A DNA stretch of 64,000 nucleotides from Blastocladiella emersonii ATCC 22665 (taxonomy: Eukaryota > Fungi > Blastocladiomycota), in NCBI GenBank assembly GCA_025594325.1, contig JANHCV010000001.1, positions 1,302,001 to 1,366,000 on the forward strand. Direction: 5' to 3'. The translations under genes were made by a program, and so were the position numbers. Of this stretch, positions 1 to 14,679 are shown in pieces. The notes under the pieces are model-generated. The model made no database searches. It worked only from the letters and a program-made list of their open reading frames with translations, and was not told the origin of the DNA. The stretch's first letter is position 1. Every line of letters begins with the position of its first letter.

Positions 1-25
1 TCCGACTCACCACCGATTGATACAG

Positions 26-2058
26 AGAACAACCAGCTCGCCATCCGCAACGTCGGCGGCCTCGAGATTCTTGTCAACCTGCTCGACACGGACGACCCGA
101 AGTGCAAGATCGGCTCGCTCTCGATCCTCAACCAGATCTCCAACAACTGTACGTTCTCCACCCGCCGCGTCCAGCTCCGATCCCGCTCACATCTACGCTC
201 GTTAGTCGTGATCCGCAAGACCATCTCGGAGCTCGACGGGATGCGCCCGCTCGTCGACCTGCTGCACGACGACCACGTCGACGTCAAGTGCCTCGCGGCC
301 GAGACCATCGCCAACTGCGCCAAGTACGCCAAGAACCGCCGCATGGTGCGCAAGTACGGCGGGATCCGCAGCCTGGTGCGCCTGCTGCACCCGGACCCGG
401 CCAACCCGGACACGGAGCGCATCGCCATCAGCGGCGCCCTCGCGCTCTGGACGTGCAGCAAGTCGCAGAAGAACAAGGAGGCGATCCGCATGGCCGGATC
501 GATCCCGCTCCTCGCCGAACTGCTCAAGAGCCCCAACGAGAAGCTCCTGATCCCCGTCGTCGGGATTCTGCAGGAGTGCGCGTCCGACGGTACGCGCGTG
601 CTGCTCGCGACTGGCGAATCCAGTCTCTGACTCTCTCCCTCGCGCGCGCAACGTAGACCAGTACCGCGCGGCGATCCGGTCGAGCGGGATGATCAAGTTC
701 CTGGTCGAGAACCTGAGCTCCAAGAACGAGAAGCTGCAGGCACACTGCGCGTCGGCCATCTTCAAGTGCGCCGAGGACGCCGAGACGCGGATCCTAGTCC
801 GCGACTTCAACGGCATCAACCCGCTGGTCGCGCTCCTCGACAGCATCGGGAACAAGGAGCTGTTGGCCGCGGCCACGGGCGCCATCTGGAAGACGGCCCA
901 GGACATGGCCAACGTCAACGCCTTCAACCGCCTCAACACCATCAAGAAGCTCGTCTCGCTCATCGAGAACCAGCCCGAGGACGTGCTCGTCAACGTCGTC
1001 GGCGCGCTCGCCGCCTGCGCCAAGGCGCCCGAGGGCCGCCAGGCGATCCGCGAGTGCGGTGGCATCACGCCGCTCGTCGGCCTGCTCAAGGGCACGAACC
1101 AGGGCCTGCTCGTCAACGTGACCACGGCCATAGGCGCGTCCGCGCTCGACGGTACGCGCTGAAATGTTTTTCTGCCGTACGTGAGACGCGACTAACGCCA
1201 GCACATCGTGTAGCTGAGAGCATGGGCATCATCGACCGCCTTGACGGCGTCCGGCTGCTGTGGTCGCTGCTCAAGTCGCCCAACCCGGCGGTCCAGGCGT
1301 CGGCCGCTTGGGCCATCTCGCCGTGCATCGAGAACGGTACGCTCGCATTGTCGTATGACGCGTCTCTCCCCTCATATCTAACCCACCTCGCCGCACCATA
1401 GCCAAGGACGCGGGCGAGATGGTCCGCTCGTTCGTCGGCGGACTGGAGCTGATCGTGTCGCTGCTCAAGTCGGACCACGTCGAGGTGCTTGCGTCCGTGT
1501 GCGCGGCGATCGCGCAGATCTCAAAGGACGAGGAAAACCTGGCCGTGATCACGGACCACGGCGTGGTCCCGATGCTGGCCAAGCTGACGCAGACGCGGCA
1601 CGACCGCCTGCGCAAGCACCTGAGCGAGGCCATTGCGCGGTGCTGCCACTGGGGGAACAACCGGATCGCGTTCGGCGCGGCCGGCGCCGTCGCGCCGCTC
1701 GTCAAGTACCTCAAGAGCCCCGACCCCGAGGTCCACCGGTCGACCGCGCAGGCGCTGCACCAGCTCAGCAAGGACCGTACGTGATGTTCCTTGTTCCGTG
1801 GAGCGACTTGGTTCGGCCACTAACAGCGCCGTGTAGCCGACAACTGCGTCACGATGCACGAGCACGGCGTCGTGCAGCTGCTCCTGGGCATGGTCGGGTC
1901 CTCGGACACGGTCCTGCAGGAGGCGGCCGCAGGCACGATTGGGAACATTCGCCGGTACGCCCTCTCTCTCGTCGATTGATGTACTCGGCACATGCTAACG
2001 TTTCGCTTCACATCGCAGACTTGCCCTCGCCTCCGAGCTGGCGCGCGGCAAGAAGTAG
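26..2058 (+). CDS. ODAD2: Armadillo-repeat outer dynein arm docking complex subunit (ARMC4/ODAD2), 3' portion; multi-exon, 5' end outside window
   Basis: Spliced ARM repeats beginning [31 protein letters not shown] and continuing through ORFs 208-630, 689-1162 and 1419-1784; GT..AG introns; stop TAG at 2056-2058 after [12 protein letters not shown]. Confidence 0.85.
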
Positions 2059-2212
2059 CGCGGCCTCGACCGGGGCCATCGTGATCTGAACGCTCCTCTC
2101 CCTGTTCGAGTTTGTTTGATACACTTCTCTTCGTCTCCTCAAAGTGGCAAGTAAAGCATGAGTGCATGGTCGTCAAGTGAAGCTAGTAACAAAACGAACA
2201 ACAAAAATGTCG

Positions 2213-5200
2213 CTACCGCGGCTTCGGCATAAGGTCGCGCGACGACGACGCGGCGCTGTCGGACCCGAGGTCGGCCGTCGACCCCATACTGCCGCCGTGT
2301 GCGTGCGGCATACGGTGCGCCAGGCCGCCGTCGGGCGAGAAATGGACAGCCGCGGGCGCCGGCATGCCGTAATGCTGCTGCTGCTGTTGATGCGGGGACA
2401 CGACGGCAGCGGGAGCGTACGCGGGCATCCGGTCGGTACTCCGCATCGGCGCGGGCACGCCTTCGGGGACCGAGAACACGCGGCACGTCGGGCGGCGGCT
2501 CGGCCGCGCCACGTTGTTGATGCAGATGGACCGGACCTCGTAGTACGACGACGACGAGGCGGTCGCGAACGAGGCCTGCGCCGCGGACGCATACCGTGCG
2601 AGGTGCGACGGCGCGGCGCCGCCGCCGTGCGCACTGCAGCCGGTCGCGCCGAGCTCGATGTCGCCGCCGGGAGCGGCGTGGGGCGCAGCGTGGCCGCCGT
2701 CGCTGTGATGTGCGTCGCCGTGCCCGTGGCCGTGTCCATGATGAGCCTCGTGGTGCAGGGCCTCGATGACCTCGAAAAGGTCGCGCCGCGTGAGGATGGC
2801 AAAGGCCTTGTTGGACGTGTCTGTGACGACGAGGTGGCGGAGCCCGAGCAGGCGGAACATGCCGTACGCCTTGCTGGCGATGGTCTCGGAGTGGACCGAG
2901 TGCGGCGAGCGGTTCATGTGCTCGGCGACCTCGGCCGCGAGCGAGCGCTTGAGGACGGCCTCGGGGTCGGTGCCCTTGAACTCGCGGCCGAGGTGCGAGA
3001 ACTGCGATCGGCGGATCTTCTCGTCGAGCGACGACAGCGCCTCGGGCCGTTCCGTGAAGACGGCGCCCGTGTGTCCCGTCGGCGCGATCTGCGCGTTGGG
3101 CGCGACCTTGGCGACGATGCGCTCGAGCTGGCTGCGCAGGATCAGGCCGAGCAGGTGGCCCTTGTGGTCGACGACGGGGAACCCGTTGTACACGAACGCG
3201 TCCACGTCGGGCCCGGCGTACCGCGAGAAGGTCAGCAGGCGCTCGGCGGCCTCGACAGTGAACGTGTCGTTAAGCAGGATCGTGTGCAGCTCGCGGTGCG
3301 CCGCGTCGGGCAGCTTGTTGAGCAGCTCGCGGATCGTCATGGCGTGGAAGTTGAGCGGCGGGTGGTGCGGCAGGTATGGCAGCTTGAGCGCCTCGATCTC
3401 GAGGTGGAACTGCGAGGGGCCGAGGTGGTTGCCGATGAAGGCCGCAATGAGCACGACGAGAATCGTCCCGTTGATGTACGTCTGCGCGGTTTGGACTTGC
3501 GCGTTAGCGAGGTTGTCGCGCGGAGCACGAGTGCGAGAAGTGCGCAAGCGTACCATGTCGCCCGTCGACTGAACCGCAACAACGACGATCGTGATCATCA
3601 TGCGGGAGGTACCGGCCCAGAACGCGGCCATGCCAAGCAGCGCCGCGGCTCCGGGGTCCATGAGCGCCGCGTTGGTCAGCAGGGTGCGCTGAAGCTGGTT
3701 GAAACCTACGCGCGATCAAGACGGACGCGTCAGTCGCTGGTGCGCAGCGACTGCTGAGCCCAGATCAGCGTACCGAGACCGTAGAGTCGCCCGAACGTGG
3801 CACCGATGACGAGCGTAGGCGTGACGAGGTCGGTGGGCATTGTGATGTTGTGGGTCGCGAGCGAGAGCACGACGTAGAGGGCGCCAAAGTAGAAGAGCAC
3901 GTTGGCCTCGAACAGGTAGTAGTACCCGCGCTGGAACAGGTTGACGATGACCTGCTCGGGCTGGTTGAGCACGAGCGACGGCAGCTGGTAGTAGCACGTC
4001 GCCTGGAGCTTGGTCTCCTCGTCGACGGCCGCCGACGCCATCTGCGCGAGGACGATCTCGGACTGCAGGTGGTGTGGCACGGCGGCGGCCGGGACGGGCT
4101 GCGCCGACTGCAGGTACGCTGCGCTCATCGGCGCCGCCTGGAGGTGCGCCGCGCTCGACGACGACGACGCCGACTTGGTGACCAGCGTCGAGTCCGTGTA
4201 CAGAAAGTCGGGGAGACGCGTCTTGACGCTGCCGCCCGCGAGGAGGAACAGCGACGCGATTTCGGTGCGGTTGGGCAGGATGGTGAGGCGCAGCACATTC
4301 GCGCCGCCCTCGTCCGCGTCGTCATCGGCCTCGGTGGCCGCGCTCGCGGCCGCCGCGCGCTTGCCGAGCGAGTTACCGCCGGCCGTCCGGTTGGCGAGGA
4401 AGCGGCACGTGGCCGTGACGATGTCCTGCTTCTTGGCGGCAAACTGGTTGAGAGCCGGGCATCGGGTTAGTTGATGAAGGATGGAGGCGATGCGCATGGG
4501 CAGAACACGTACCGCGGAGAGCGCGTTGAACACCTCGTCGTCGGCGCAGATCTTGTCCTGGAGCTCGCTGATGCACTTGCCGGCGTACTCGTCGTCGGCG
4601 ACCTTGAGCCAGCCGGCGCACGACTTGACGCACGACGCGGGCGGGGTGTTGATCTTGGCTATGTGCTCGACGGAACGGTCGAACTCGGTGCAGAGCGGCT
4701 GGGCCTACGTCACAAGGTTTGGCGATGAGAATTCGGTGGCGGTGAGTGCCACGGGACACGACGTACCGAGCTGATGGTGTTGAAGTTGGGCCCGTAGAAG
4801 AAGAGCGAGGTGGCGAGACTGGTGATGAGGACCAGGACGAGGACCTCGATGGCCTTGGAGATGACGGTGCGCTGGAACGCCTTGGCGCGCGCGATGCGGA
4901 CCTTGGCGACGAGCACGTTGTAGCTGTGGCCGAGCACGCCGCCGAGAATGCCGAGGATCAGGTACGACAGGTAGTCGAGAGCAGTCAGGCTGACGTTGCA
5001 GTGGGCCTGAAGACGGACGCGCGCAAGGTCAGTTGCTGGCGCTACACGGAGGCCGAGGGAGCGGAGCGTACATTGGCGGCGTAGATGCTGTAGTCGTTCC
5101 CGTTCCGCTTCGTGCCGTGCGAGTAGATGCTGATGGTGACGAGGGACATGGCGCACGCGAAGAGCGACCGGATGATCAACGACGGGTCGTAGAAGCTCAT

Positions 5201-6199
5201 GGCCTCCTCAATGGCGAAGCACACGCCGGCCAGCGGGGCTACACGGCGGGATGATGGGTCATCAGCGACCGGTTACGACAAGTTGAGGGAGTAGCGTACC
5301 CTGGAAGGCGCTAGCAACGCCGGCGGCCGCGCCCATGGTGGCGAACAGACGAATCTCGGCGGACCGCATGCCGCGGATGACGGGCAGCGTCTTCTCGTCC
5401 CACTCGGTCTCGCCGAACAGCCAGCGGGCGAAGAAGGGTACCTTCTTGACGTTGCGGATGATGACGATGGCGGTGATGGTGCAGGCGTGGATGAGCGGGC
5501 CGTCGTAGCCCGTGTACAGGCCGCTGTTGGTCGCGCACCACATGCCGACGATCTTGGCGAGCAGCGTGCGCCACGAGACGAAGCGCGGGCGTTCGACGCC
5601 GTTCTGGAGGACGTGACGGTGACGGTGACGGTGGAGGTCAGTGTTCATCCCTCGCACGCGCAGACCTCGAAGATGAGCCGTACCAGGTACGCAATGACCT
5701 CGGGCATGCCGGACCCGCTGGCCGTGGGCTCCCAGAGCGAGAGACCGACACCGACGGCCGAGACGAGGACCGAAATGCCGAAGAGGATGCCCCACAGGGA
5801 CGGGAACGAGCCCATCGTGTCGGCGAGCAGCTTGAAGCGGAAGGCCTGGAACACGGCCGTGAAGTGGTGGAGCGCGTAGTAGATGGACGCGGAGATGATG
5901 CCAATGAGGGCCGCGAGGAAGAGCGAGGCGAAGGTGGGCATGAAGGTGGCGAGCCGCTTGAAGGGCAGGTGCTCGGCGCGCGTCAGGATGCGCTGGTAGT
6001 GCTCGCGGCCGAACCGGTTGTCGACGACCTCGACGTCCGTCGAGTGCCATCCCTCGGCCTTGGACACGCGGTCGGCGTGCGTCTGCTCAAAGCCGTACGG
6101 CGGCACCTCGAACGACAGGCTCGAGTCCGAGCTGGCGTTGCTGTTGGAGCGCGGGCGCATGTCGCGGAGGCGCGGCGACGCGGCGGCGCTCGAGGCCAT
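2213..6199 (-). CDS. CLC-family chloride channel/transporter (CLC-6/7-like) with C-terminal CBS domains; multi-exon
   Basis: GSGMPE, GYDGPLIH (GKEGP position), AGVCFAIEE, PTLVIGATFGRLYG, GTSRMMITIVVV, and CBS motifs (YNGFPVVD; FRLLGLRHLVVTD). Start ATG at 6199 is inferred. Confidence 0.9.
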
Positions 6200-6705
6200 G
6201 GTCGGCGGTGCAGTGGCCGTGGTAGCGGCGGGACCGAGCGGTTGGCGCGTCGGAGAGCTGGTATCTTGTCGGCGCGACATGTGCGCAAGATGCATCAAGT
6301 CCCAGCAGCGTCCGGCGCTGGCTGACTGGTCGGGTCGGAAGAGTAGGAGCGGGGGTGCCGCGGATAGAAGACCCCCGGCCAGGCCATCGTCCCTCGTGGT
6401 CTCTCTCCTGGTGCCCCCGATTTTGAGCGCCTTGAGCTAGACCTGCACCTCGTCGCGTCCGAGGAAGGAGCGCCATGGCTTGAGGCGAGTTCATCTCGCG
6501 TGCGCGTCCTTCCTTCCATGGTTCGCACCGGCGACTGCGCCACGCGGAGCATGGGGCCGGCAGAGCGGGGCCGAGGGCTCGGGTTCCGCGCACGAGTGGG
6601 CTGAAAGACTTCCATGTATGTGCGGAGAGAAGCGAGGGATGTGGGGAGGGGGGAGAACTAGATACACAGGGAGGGGAGCGGGCGCGGGAGCGAGGGATCG
6701 ACCGT

Positions 6706-7663
6706 CTAGTAGTCCTGGTCGCCCATGAGCGGGTCGCGGTCGCCGACGGTGCCCATCATCTTGTTGGTCGGGATGGCGAACTCGAGGTCGTCCTTGGTGA
6801 TCGAGTCCCAGTACTTGTAGACCATCATGACGGCGAGCAGGGTGAAGGTGGCGCCGAAGAAGAGGCCGTCAATGTAGTGCTTAGCGGCCGAGCAGATCTG
6901 CGTCGAGAGGGCGTGGACAAAGACCTGCCCCGTGGTGAAGAAGAGCACGCCGAAGAAGAGGTCGCCGAGCGGCCACCGGTTGTCGAGCGTGTTGATGACG
7001 AGGATGACCTGCAGCACGAGGTAGATGACCAGCATGGCCAGGTTGAAGATGAAGAAGAGGAGGAACAGGACCGTGGGCGAGGCCGCGCCGAACGGCGACC
7101 ACGAGTTGAACGTGGCCAGCGACACGAAGAAGGTGGCGGTGAAGAGCAGGGCGGCCGAGATGCGGATGGTCCACACCGACAGCGCCGTGCCGTCCTCGGT
7201 CCACTGGAACCCGACGAACCCGTTGAGCAGCAGGGTCCAGAACGTGGCGGTGAGCAGGCCCATGTGCACCGAGGCCACGTACGTGTAGGGCGCCGTGGCC
7301 GACGGGATCAGGTTGGAGACCAGCACAAACTCGACCACGATCAGCAGCAGGTACAGGTAGAAGAACATGACAATCTCCTTGCGGCCGACCGCCGTGTACT
7401 TGGACTTGATGTGGTAGATCATGATCACCGTCATGAGCAGCGCAATGATGTAGATGACAAGCGTGGCTACACTCGGTGCGCGTCAGCGCGCGGGACTCGC
7501 GGACTTGGCGCGAGGGTGCGGCCGTACCGGGCTGGAACAGCAGCTTCCCGGCAATCTCAATGTTGCGCGAGTAGCACGTTGGCTCGACGCCCTTGCCGAC
7601 GAGCGGGCACAGCGGGTACGCCACCTGCGCGCAGATGTCGTCGAACGAGCCGAATTGGACCAT
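6706..7663 (-). CDS. CHS7: Chitin synthase export chaperone Chs7 (multi-pass membrane protein); one intron
   Basis: N-terminus MVQFGSFDDICAQVAYPLCPLV..CYSRNIE, plus KYTAVGRKE, LLLNGFVGFQ-WTEDGT and MMVYKYWDSITKDDLEF. Confidence 0.92.
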
Positions 7664-8033
7664 GGCGACGGCAAATGCGGGGGCGGTAGCGGTGGGTCGA
7701 GGAGCTCAGCGGCGTTCGTGGTCGCGGCCTGTTCGTAGTTGCAGCCGAGAGGAGCGGGTTCCGCAGCAAGGGGCCGAGTGGCGCGCGCGCGGGTCGATGG
7801 GAGACGTCGCGGGCGGGCGAGGACGAGGCGGTGGCGCGGACACGCTGCAGCGAGTCGGGTGACGGTTTTCGTTGATGCGTAGCAGCCAGTGCGGGCGGTT
7901 AGCGGGCCACGTTGAAGGAAGGTTCGACCAAGGCGGGTCGACGGCGGCGAGCGGGGGCGGAGCGCCGCGTGGCGGCGGCGTGCAGCAAAATGAGAAAGAG
8001 GCGCCTGGCCCCCGGTCAGCCACCGCCACGTGA

Positions 8034-9602
<1,569 letters not shown>

Positions 9603-9690
9603 GTAGCTTTGCGTACTCGCTTTGGTTTGATTGTTTCGCAACGTGTTCTCTTGTGCAATACACAGATCGTTTATGGTCCCCACGATTCAA

Positions 9691-11411
9691 TCACAGCTCG
9701 CCCTGAACGAACGCGAGGATCATCGCGAGCGCGCCAGATGGCTGGTTGAACGGGACCATGTACCCGGCCTCGAACACGCGCAGGTACGTGAGGCCGCGCT
9801 CCGACTTGAAGTGCCCGAACCCGCGCGGCCCGAACGGCGCGAACTCGGCGCCGCTCGTCGACCCGGTCGTTGGCGACTTGTACCCGGGCCGGCCCCAGTT
9901 CATGTTGTCGAGCAGGTTGGCGTGGCCGACGTGGTTGCAGATAAAGTCGCGGTCGCCCGCGTACAGGAGGACGCGGACGCCGCGGGCGACGAGCTCGGGC
10001 AGCACGTCGGCGGACGGCAGGTCGCCGTTGTTATTGAGGTTCCGGAACACGGCGTCGTTGAAGCTGCGCCACGAGCTGCCGCCGCCGTGCAGCGCGGCGA
10101 TCACGTCGGGCCGGTTCAGATACGCGGCGACCGCGTCGGCCGGCGCGTCCGTCGGGTCGCGCTCGTCGCACCCGCGCACGCGCACGTCAAAGTTGGTCGG
10201 CAGGCAGTGCGTCCCGTTCGTCAGCTGCGTGAAGTAGGCGCGGTCAAACAGCTTCTTCTCGATGGCCGCGCAGTGCGGCAGGTCCCACCGCGTGTACGCC
10301 TCACGGTCGCCCAGCTCGGCAAAGCAGCGCGCGCGCAGCTCGAGGAGCTCGGCGCGGCGCGCCGGGTCGAGCAGGAGGTCCTCGGACGCGAGGAAGTCAA
10401 TCCAGTGGTCGGCTCGTTCCACGGCGAGTTGTACGCGCCGTTCCCGATGGCCACGCCACGGAGCTGCAGCGTCTCGCGACGGTGCTTGCGCTCGCCGCGG
10501 TACTGGCCGAGCCCGTGCTGCCGCTCGTAGTTGTCGTCGAGAATGTGCTGCGCCGCATACGGGATGTAGAAGCCGGCGAACGACTCGCCCGTGATGTGCC
10601 ACTGCAGGGCGTACTTGGGGTCAAAGACGCGCGAGAACTCGTGCGCAAAGTAGACAAACTCGCGGCCCACGTCGTGGATCGTCTTGACGTAGTGCGCCGG
10701 GTGCGTCACGGTCGAGAAGCCCACGCCGGCCGGGTTCTCGAGGAACAGCGCGTTGCCCGCCTTGTGCCACCCGTACTCGTTGTGCGACAGCGTGCCGTCG
10801 GCGCTCATGGTAATGGGACCGTTCTCGACGAACATGCCGAACAGCGACGACGAACCGGGACCGCCTGGTACAGCGGGACCGCGTCAGTGTTCAGTTCCCC
10901 ACGGCGAGCAGCGTGAGCAACGCGTACCGTTGAGCCACACGACGAGATCAGGGCTCGCGTCGCGCCGCTCCCAGTACGCAAAGAACATGGCGCTGTTCTT
11001 GTCGTTAGCGAGCAGGTGGCCCGCGTACAGTCGGTACTCGTCGTCGCGCAGGTCGATCCCGGGCAGCGACCGCACGCGAAACTCGCTGCGCCGCGAGAAC
11101 ACGGGCACGACGGGCGGAAGCGACGCGGCCGGCGGGTTCACGTCCTTCAACGTCACGGCGCGTTCCTTGACGGCAGCCCACTGCGCCGGCGTCAGGAACG
11201 GCACGCGAGGGCGGCCGTCTGAGCGCGCGGGACCCATGACCGAGTGGCGGCCGCGGCGCGAGTTGGCGAAGCTGACGTGGTGTTGCTGGTCATGCGATTG
11301 GTCCCACTGGGCGAGATTGACGCGTAGCGGCGACGACGCGACGGGGACCGACGCCGCGAGGGCGATGGCAGCAATAAGCGCAAGAAAAGCAAGGGTGCGA
11401 GCGTGCTTCAT
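9691..11411 (-). pseudogene. Serine carboxypeptidase (S10) paralog A with an apparent 1-bp frameshift and catalytic His->Tyr; pseudogene or pseudo-enzyme (assembly error possible)
   Basis: Signal peptide, WLNG|GPGSSSL, FLENPAGVGFS, GESFAG, YAGDRDFICN. Frame shifts near 10410-10412. AGYMVP replaces AGHMVP (codon at 9760-9762). Confidence 0.75.
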
Positions 11412-11772
11412 GGGCGGTGGGAACGAGGGAGGGCGGGCCGAGTTAGTCGCGTCGACCGCGCTTTGAGTGGCGCGTCAGAAGCCCGAAGGATCGGCCGGGA
11501 CGGAAAACACGGCCAACCCTCAACGATGGCAACATGGCCGAGGCGCGGCTCTCATCCATCCTGACAAGGAGAAGCCTCACGAGAGAACAGGGACGAGGAA
11601 AGCAAACGACGGATTTGAAGTAGGAATACTCAGTTTCCATTGACGGCGAGACCCCAGAGACCCGAGCAACAACAACAACAACCGAGCCGCGCCGCCCGCA
11701 GAAGAAGGGGGCCAGGGCGCTGCTGCTGCGCGCGGGGCACACAAGGCACAGCCAGGACACAGCAAATCGAAT

Positions 11773-12591
11773 TTAACGGTTCGACTTGGCAACACGCTCG
11801 AGCTCGTCCTTCTTCTTGATGGCGTACGAGTTCGACGAGCCCTTGGAGGCGTTGATGAGCTCATCGGCGAGGCACTCGGCAATGGTCTTGACGTTGCGGA
11901 ACGCGGCCTCGCGGGTGCCGGTGGTCAGGAGGGCGATGGCCTGGTTGACGCGGCGGAGGGGCGAGACATCGACGGCCTGACGGCGGACGGTACCCTGCGA
12001 GCCAATGCGGGTCGAGTCCTCACGGGGACCGGTCTGGACGATGGCGTCGACGAGGACCTGGATGGGGTTGGCGTCGGTGAGGAGGTGGATGATCTCGAAC
12101 GCGTGCTTGACGATGCGGGTCGCCATGAGCTTCTTGCCGTTGTTGCGGCCGTGCATCATGAGCGAGTTGGTCAGGCGCTCGACGACGGGGCACTGGGCCT
12201 TGCGGAAGCGCTTGGCGGCATAGCGGCCAGCGGTGTGGGGCAGGAAGATGGGCGAGGTGACCTGGATGTAGTCCTGGAGAAGCGCAAAATCAAGTGCGAA
12301 GTACGCACGAGAGCATGTCAGTTTCCTGGCTTCGGGAGAGCGGCCTGACGCAGAGTCGCGCCACCGCGGTGCAGAACGGGCGTCGTGACACCGGGGAAAA
12401 CGACGCGGTGACGTTCCCAGCGCCGCAAAGACGCCGTTTCACACCGCGGCAACGCGACTTGCGCCAAAAATCGAGCAGAAACGCACGGTCAGGGCAAGGT
12501 CGTTGACCTTAACCTCATCGAACGACCACTTGCCGAAGAGAAGCGGCGAGGCGTCGAGCTCAACGTTGGCGATGTCGGCGGGGAGAGCCAT
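11773..12591 (-). CDS. RPS5: 40S ribosomal protein S5 (uS7); intron 12274-12486
   Basis: [35 protein letters not shown]|DYIQV...[27 protein letters not shown]...[10 protein letters not shown]. Confidence 0.97.
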
Positions 12592-14679
12592 GTTGGAGAC
12601 TACGCAGATGCGGAGAGCGAGCGAGCGGGGCGAGCAGCGGTCCGTGATCAGTTTCCAGTCGCAGAGCGGTCGGGCGGCGTTTCGGCAGGGGTGGATGGTT
12701 GCGGGTGGTCACCGCGGTCGCCCGGCGTTTCCACACGCCACGCCACAGCCGCGCAGCTCGATTCCGCGGTCCGGCGAACGGACGTGCGGCGTGTTGCACG
12801 CCGAGATGGTCCAGCGTAGGTTCATGGGGTCGATGCGTGGTGCGGGCGAGCGTGGGGACCATCTCGGCGGGGCGTGCGAGCGGATGGACCGTGGTGACCA
12901 CCGGGACGACGGCGAGCCTGCCACCAGCGTTTCGTTCGGTCCACTCGCGGGGGCGCATCGCGGTGAACGTTTGGTTGTCGTGGCGGCGGGGGGCGGCTCA
13001 CCGTCGCCGCCGTCGTCGTCGTCGTCGGTGCATGGGTTACGGGTTTTTCGAGCAGCTGCATGACGCTAACCTTTTTTCCAAGGCAAAGAGGGGGAGCTGC
13101 CCATAAGCTGGGTGCCGCAGGTTGAGGAGTCCAGCGGGCGCTCAGCACTCGTGTGATCGGCTCAGCCACAAAGTGGCGGCGCCCTTCGCGCTGTCTGACG
13201 AACGCGTCTCACTCGCGCCCTGCGGCGGCTGCGTGTCAGGCCGCACACCGCCGAGTCGCTGAGCTTCGCCCTGCCTCATGGAAACGTCGTTGCAAAACTC
13301 TGCCTCGCGCAATGCCGTCCTTCGCCTTTGCTTCGATTGCCTCGACGACGCGTGCGGGCGGCCAGGCGCAGCGACCGCACCTGCGCACGGCCACGACTAG
13401 TCTTCCGTGCCGACGGCTGCCGTCATCGATCCACCGTCTCGCCCCCTTCCACGCTTCCGTCATTGATCCTCCGATGCTGGGCGTCGTGCTGAGCAGCTTC
13501 GGACGATGCGAAGAGAAATCCGGGGCCAATGCGCTCATCTACCGCCAAGTTGGTCTAGAGAATGCCCGCGTTCTCGTTCATCGATCTGGACGCGGAATAG
13601 TACGGCTTCCTTACTGCGGGCGTGCAATTCTTCGACGAGCAGTGAGCACATATGAACGAGCACATAAAGCAGCTGGCGGCGGCCAACGTTTGGCGGGCCG
13701 CTTGGGCTGAGGCAATCAACGCGTGCCGGGCCACTCAGACTGCAACTGAGGCGCGATGAGCAGCGACCAGCAGAAGCGGAGCGGGCGGAACCGACGAGCG
13801 GGATCGCCGACCTGAAGCGTCATTCGATGAGTAGCTGTTGCTGCGCTTGCGTGGGCGCCGATGCGATCAGGTCGCGCGGGCTGCGGAGTTGCCGCGGTAC
13901 ACTTGATGCTGCAGCAGGCCGGCAAGCCCGTGGTCGCGCACCATGTACAGTTGGACGCGGCGCCCGATGAGCCTCTCATCGCTAAAGGAAACACGCTCGG
14001 CGGCTGCATTGCCATCTCGTTACTCGGGAAAACCAAATCTTGATGCGCTCGGCGATTCACGATAATTTTTCAGTGCGTGCCTGCATGACGGCAGTCGCGG
14101 ACACGACGAGCAAAATGCCCTGCGACAACGGGGCCACCATCGCCACAACAGGATCTCGTGTGGCGGTGGCTACGCGCAATCGCGTATCACCGATATCAAG
14201 GCCGACATGCCGCTCAACAGGCGGGCGTATGTAGAGCGTGCCACCATTGATCAACGGCGTGATGGCCAAGATCCGACGCACTTTCGACGCGGCGGGCGGG
14301 ACCGGGTACAGCACCGGCCGGTTCGTGACCGTGTGCGCGCTCTCCACGAGCATGCTTGGTGCGCAGGGAGTGTAGGCGATTGATGCGGTTGTCGTGATCA
14401 TGTATTCACAAACATACGCACCCTAGTTCCTCTGAAAAATGGAAGCGGAGGGAGGTCAGCTCTCGCAGCGTGGGAGTCTACACAGCGGGGCGCGGCCAGG
14501 CCGCCTCGCACGGCTGCGAACAGAACTCCTGCTCGAAGCGGATGTGTAACTAAAATTTAAGGTGGGGTGACTTGCGCCACATTCCTCAGCTGTGGCGCAG
14601 CGCGACCAGCTCCGCTTCCGCGGGGGATTCTGAACGAAATCGCAAAATACATCAACACAACAACAATGACAAGTAGAAA

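Noticed and set aside
12274-12486. Unusually long RPS5 intron as a possible snoRNA host
   Set aside because: No C box (RUGAUGA) or convincing H/ACA layout found; longer introns are common in ribosomal protein genes.
14573-14599. 9-bp stem hairpin TGCGCCACA/TGTGGCGCA downstream of HMT1
   Set aside because: No Helitron-type CTRR end at the expected distance; such stems are frequent in GC-rich DNA.
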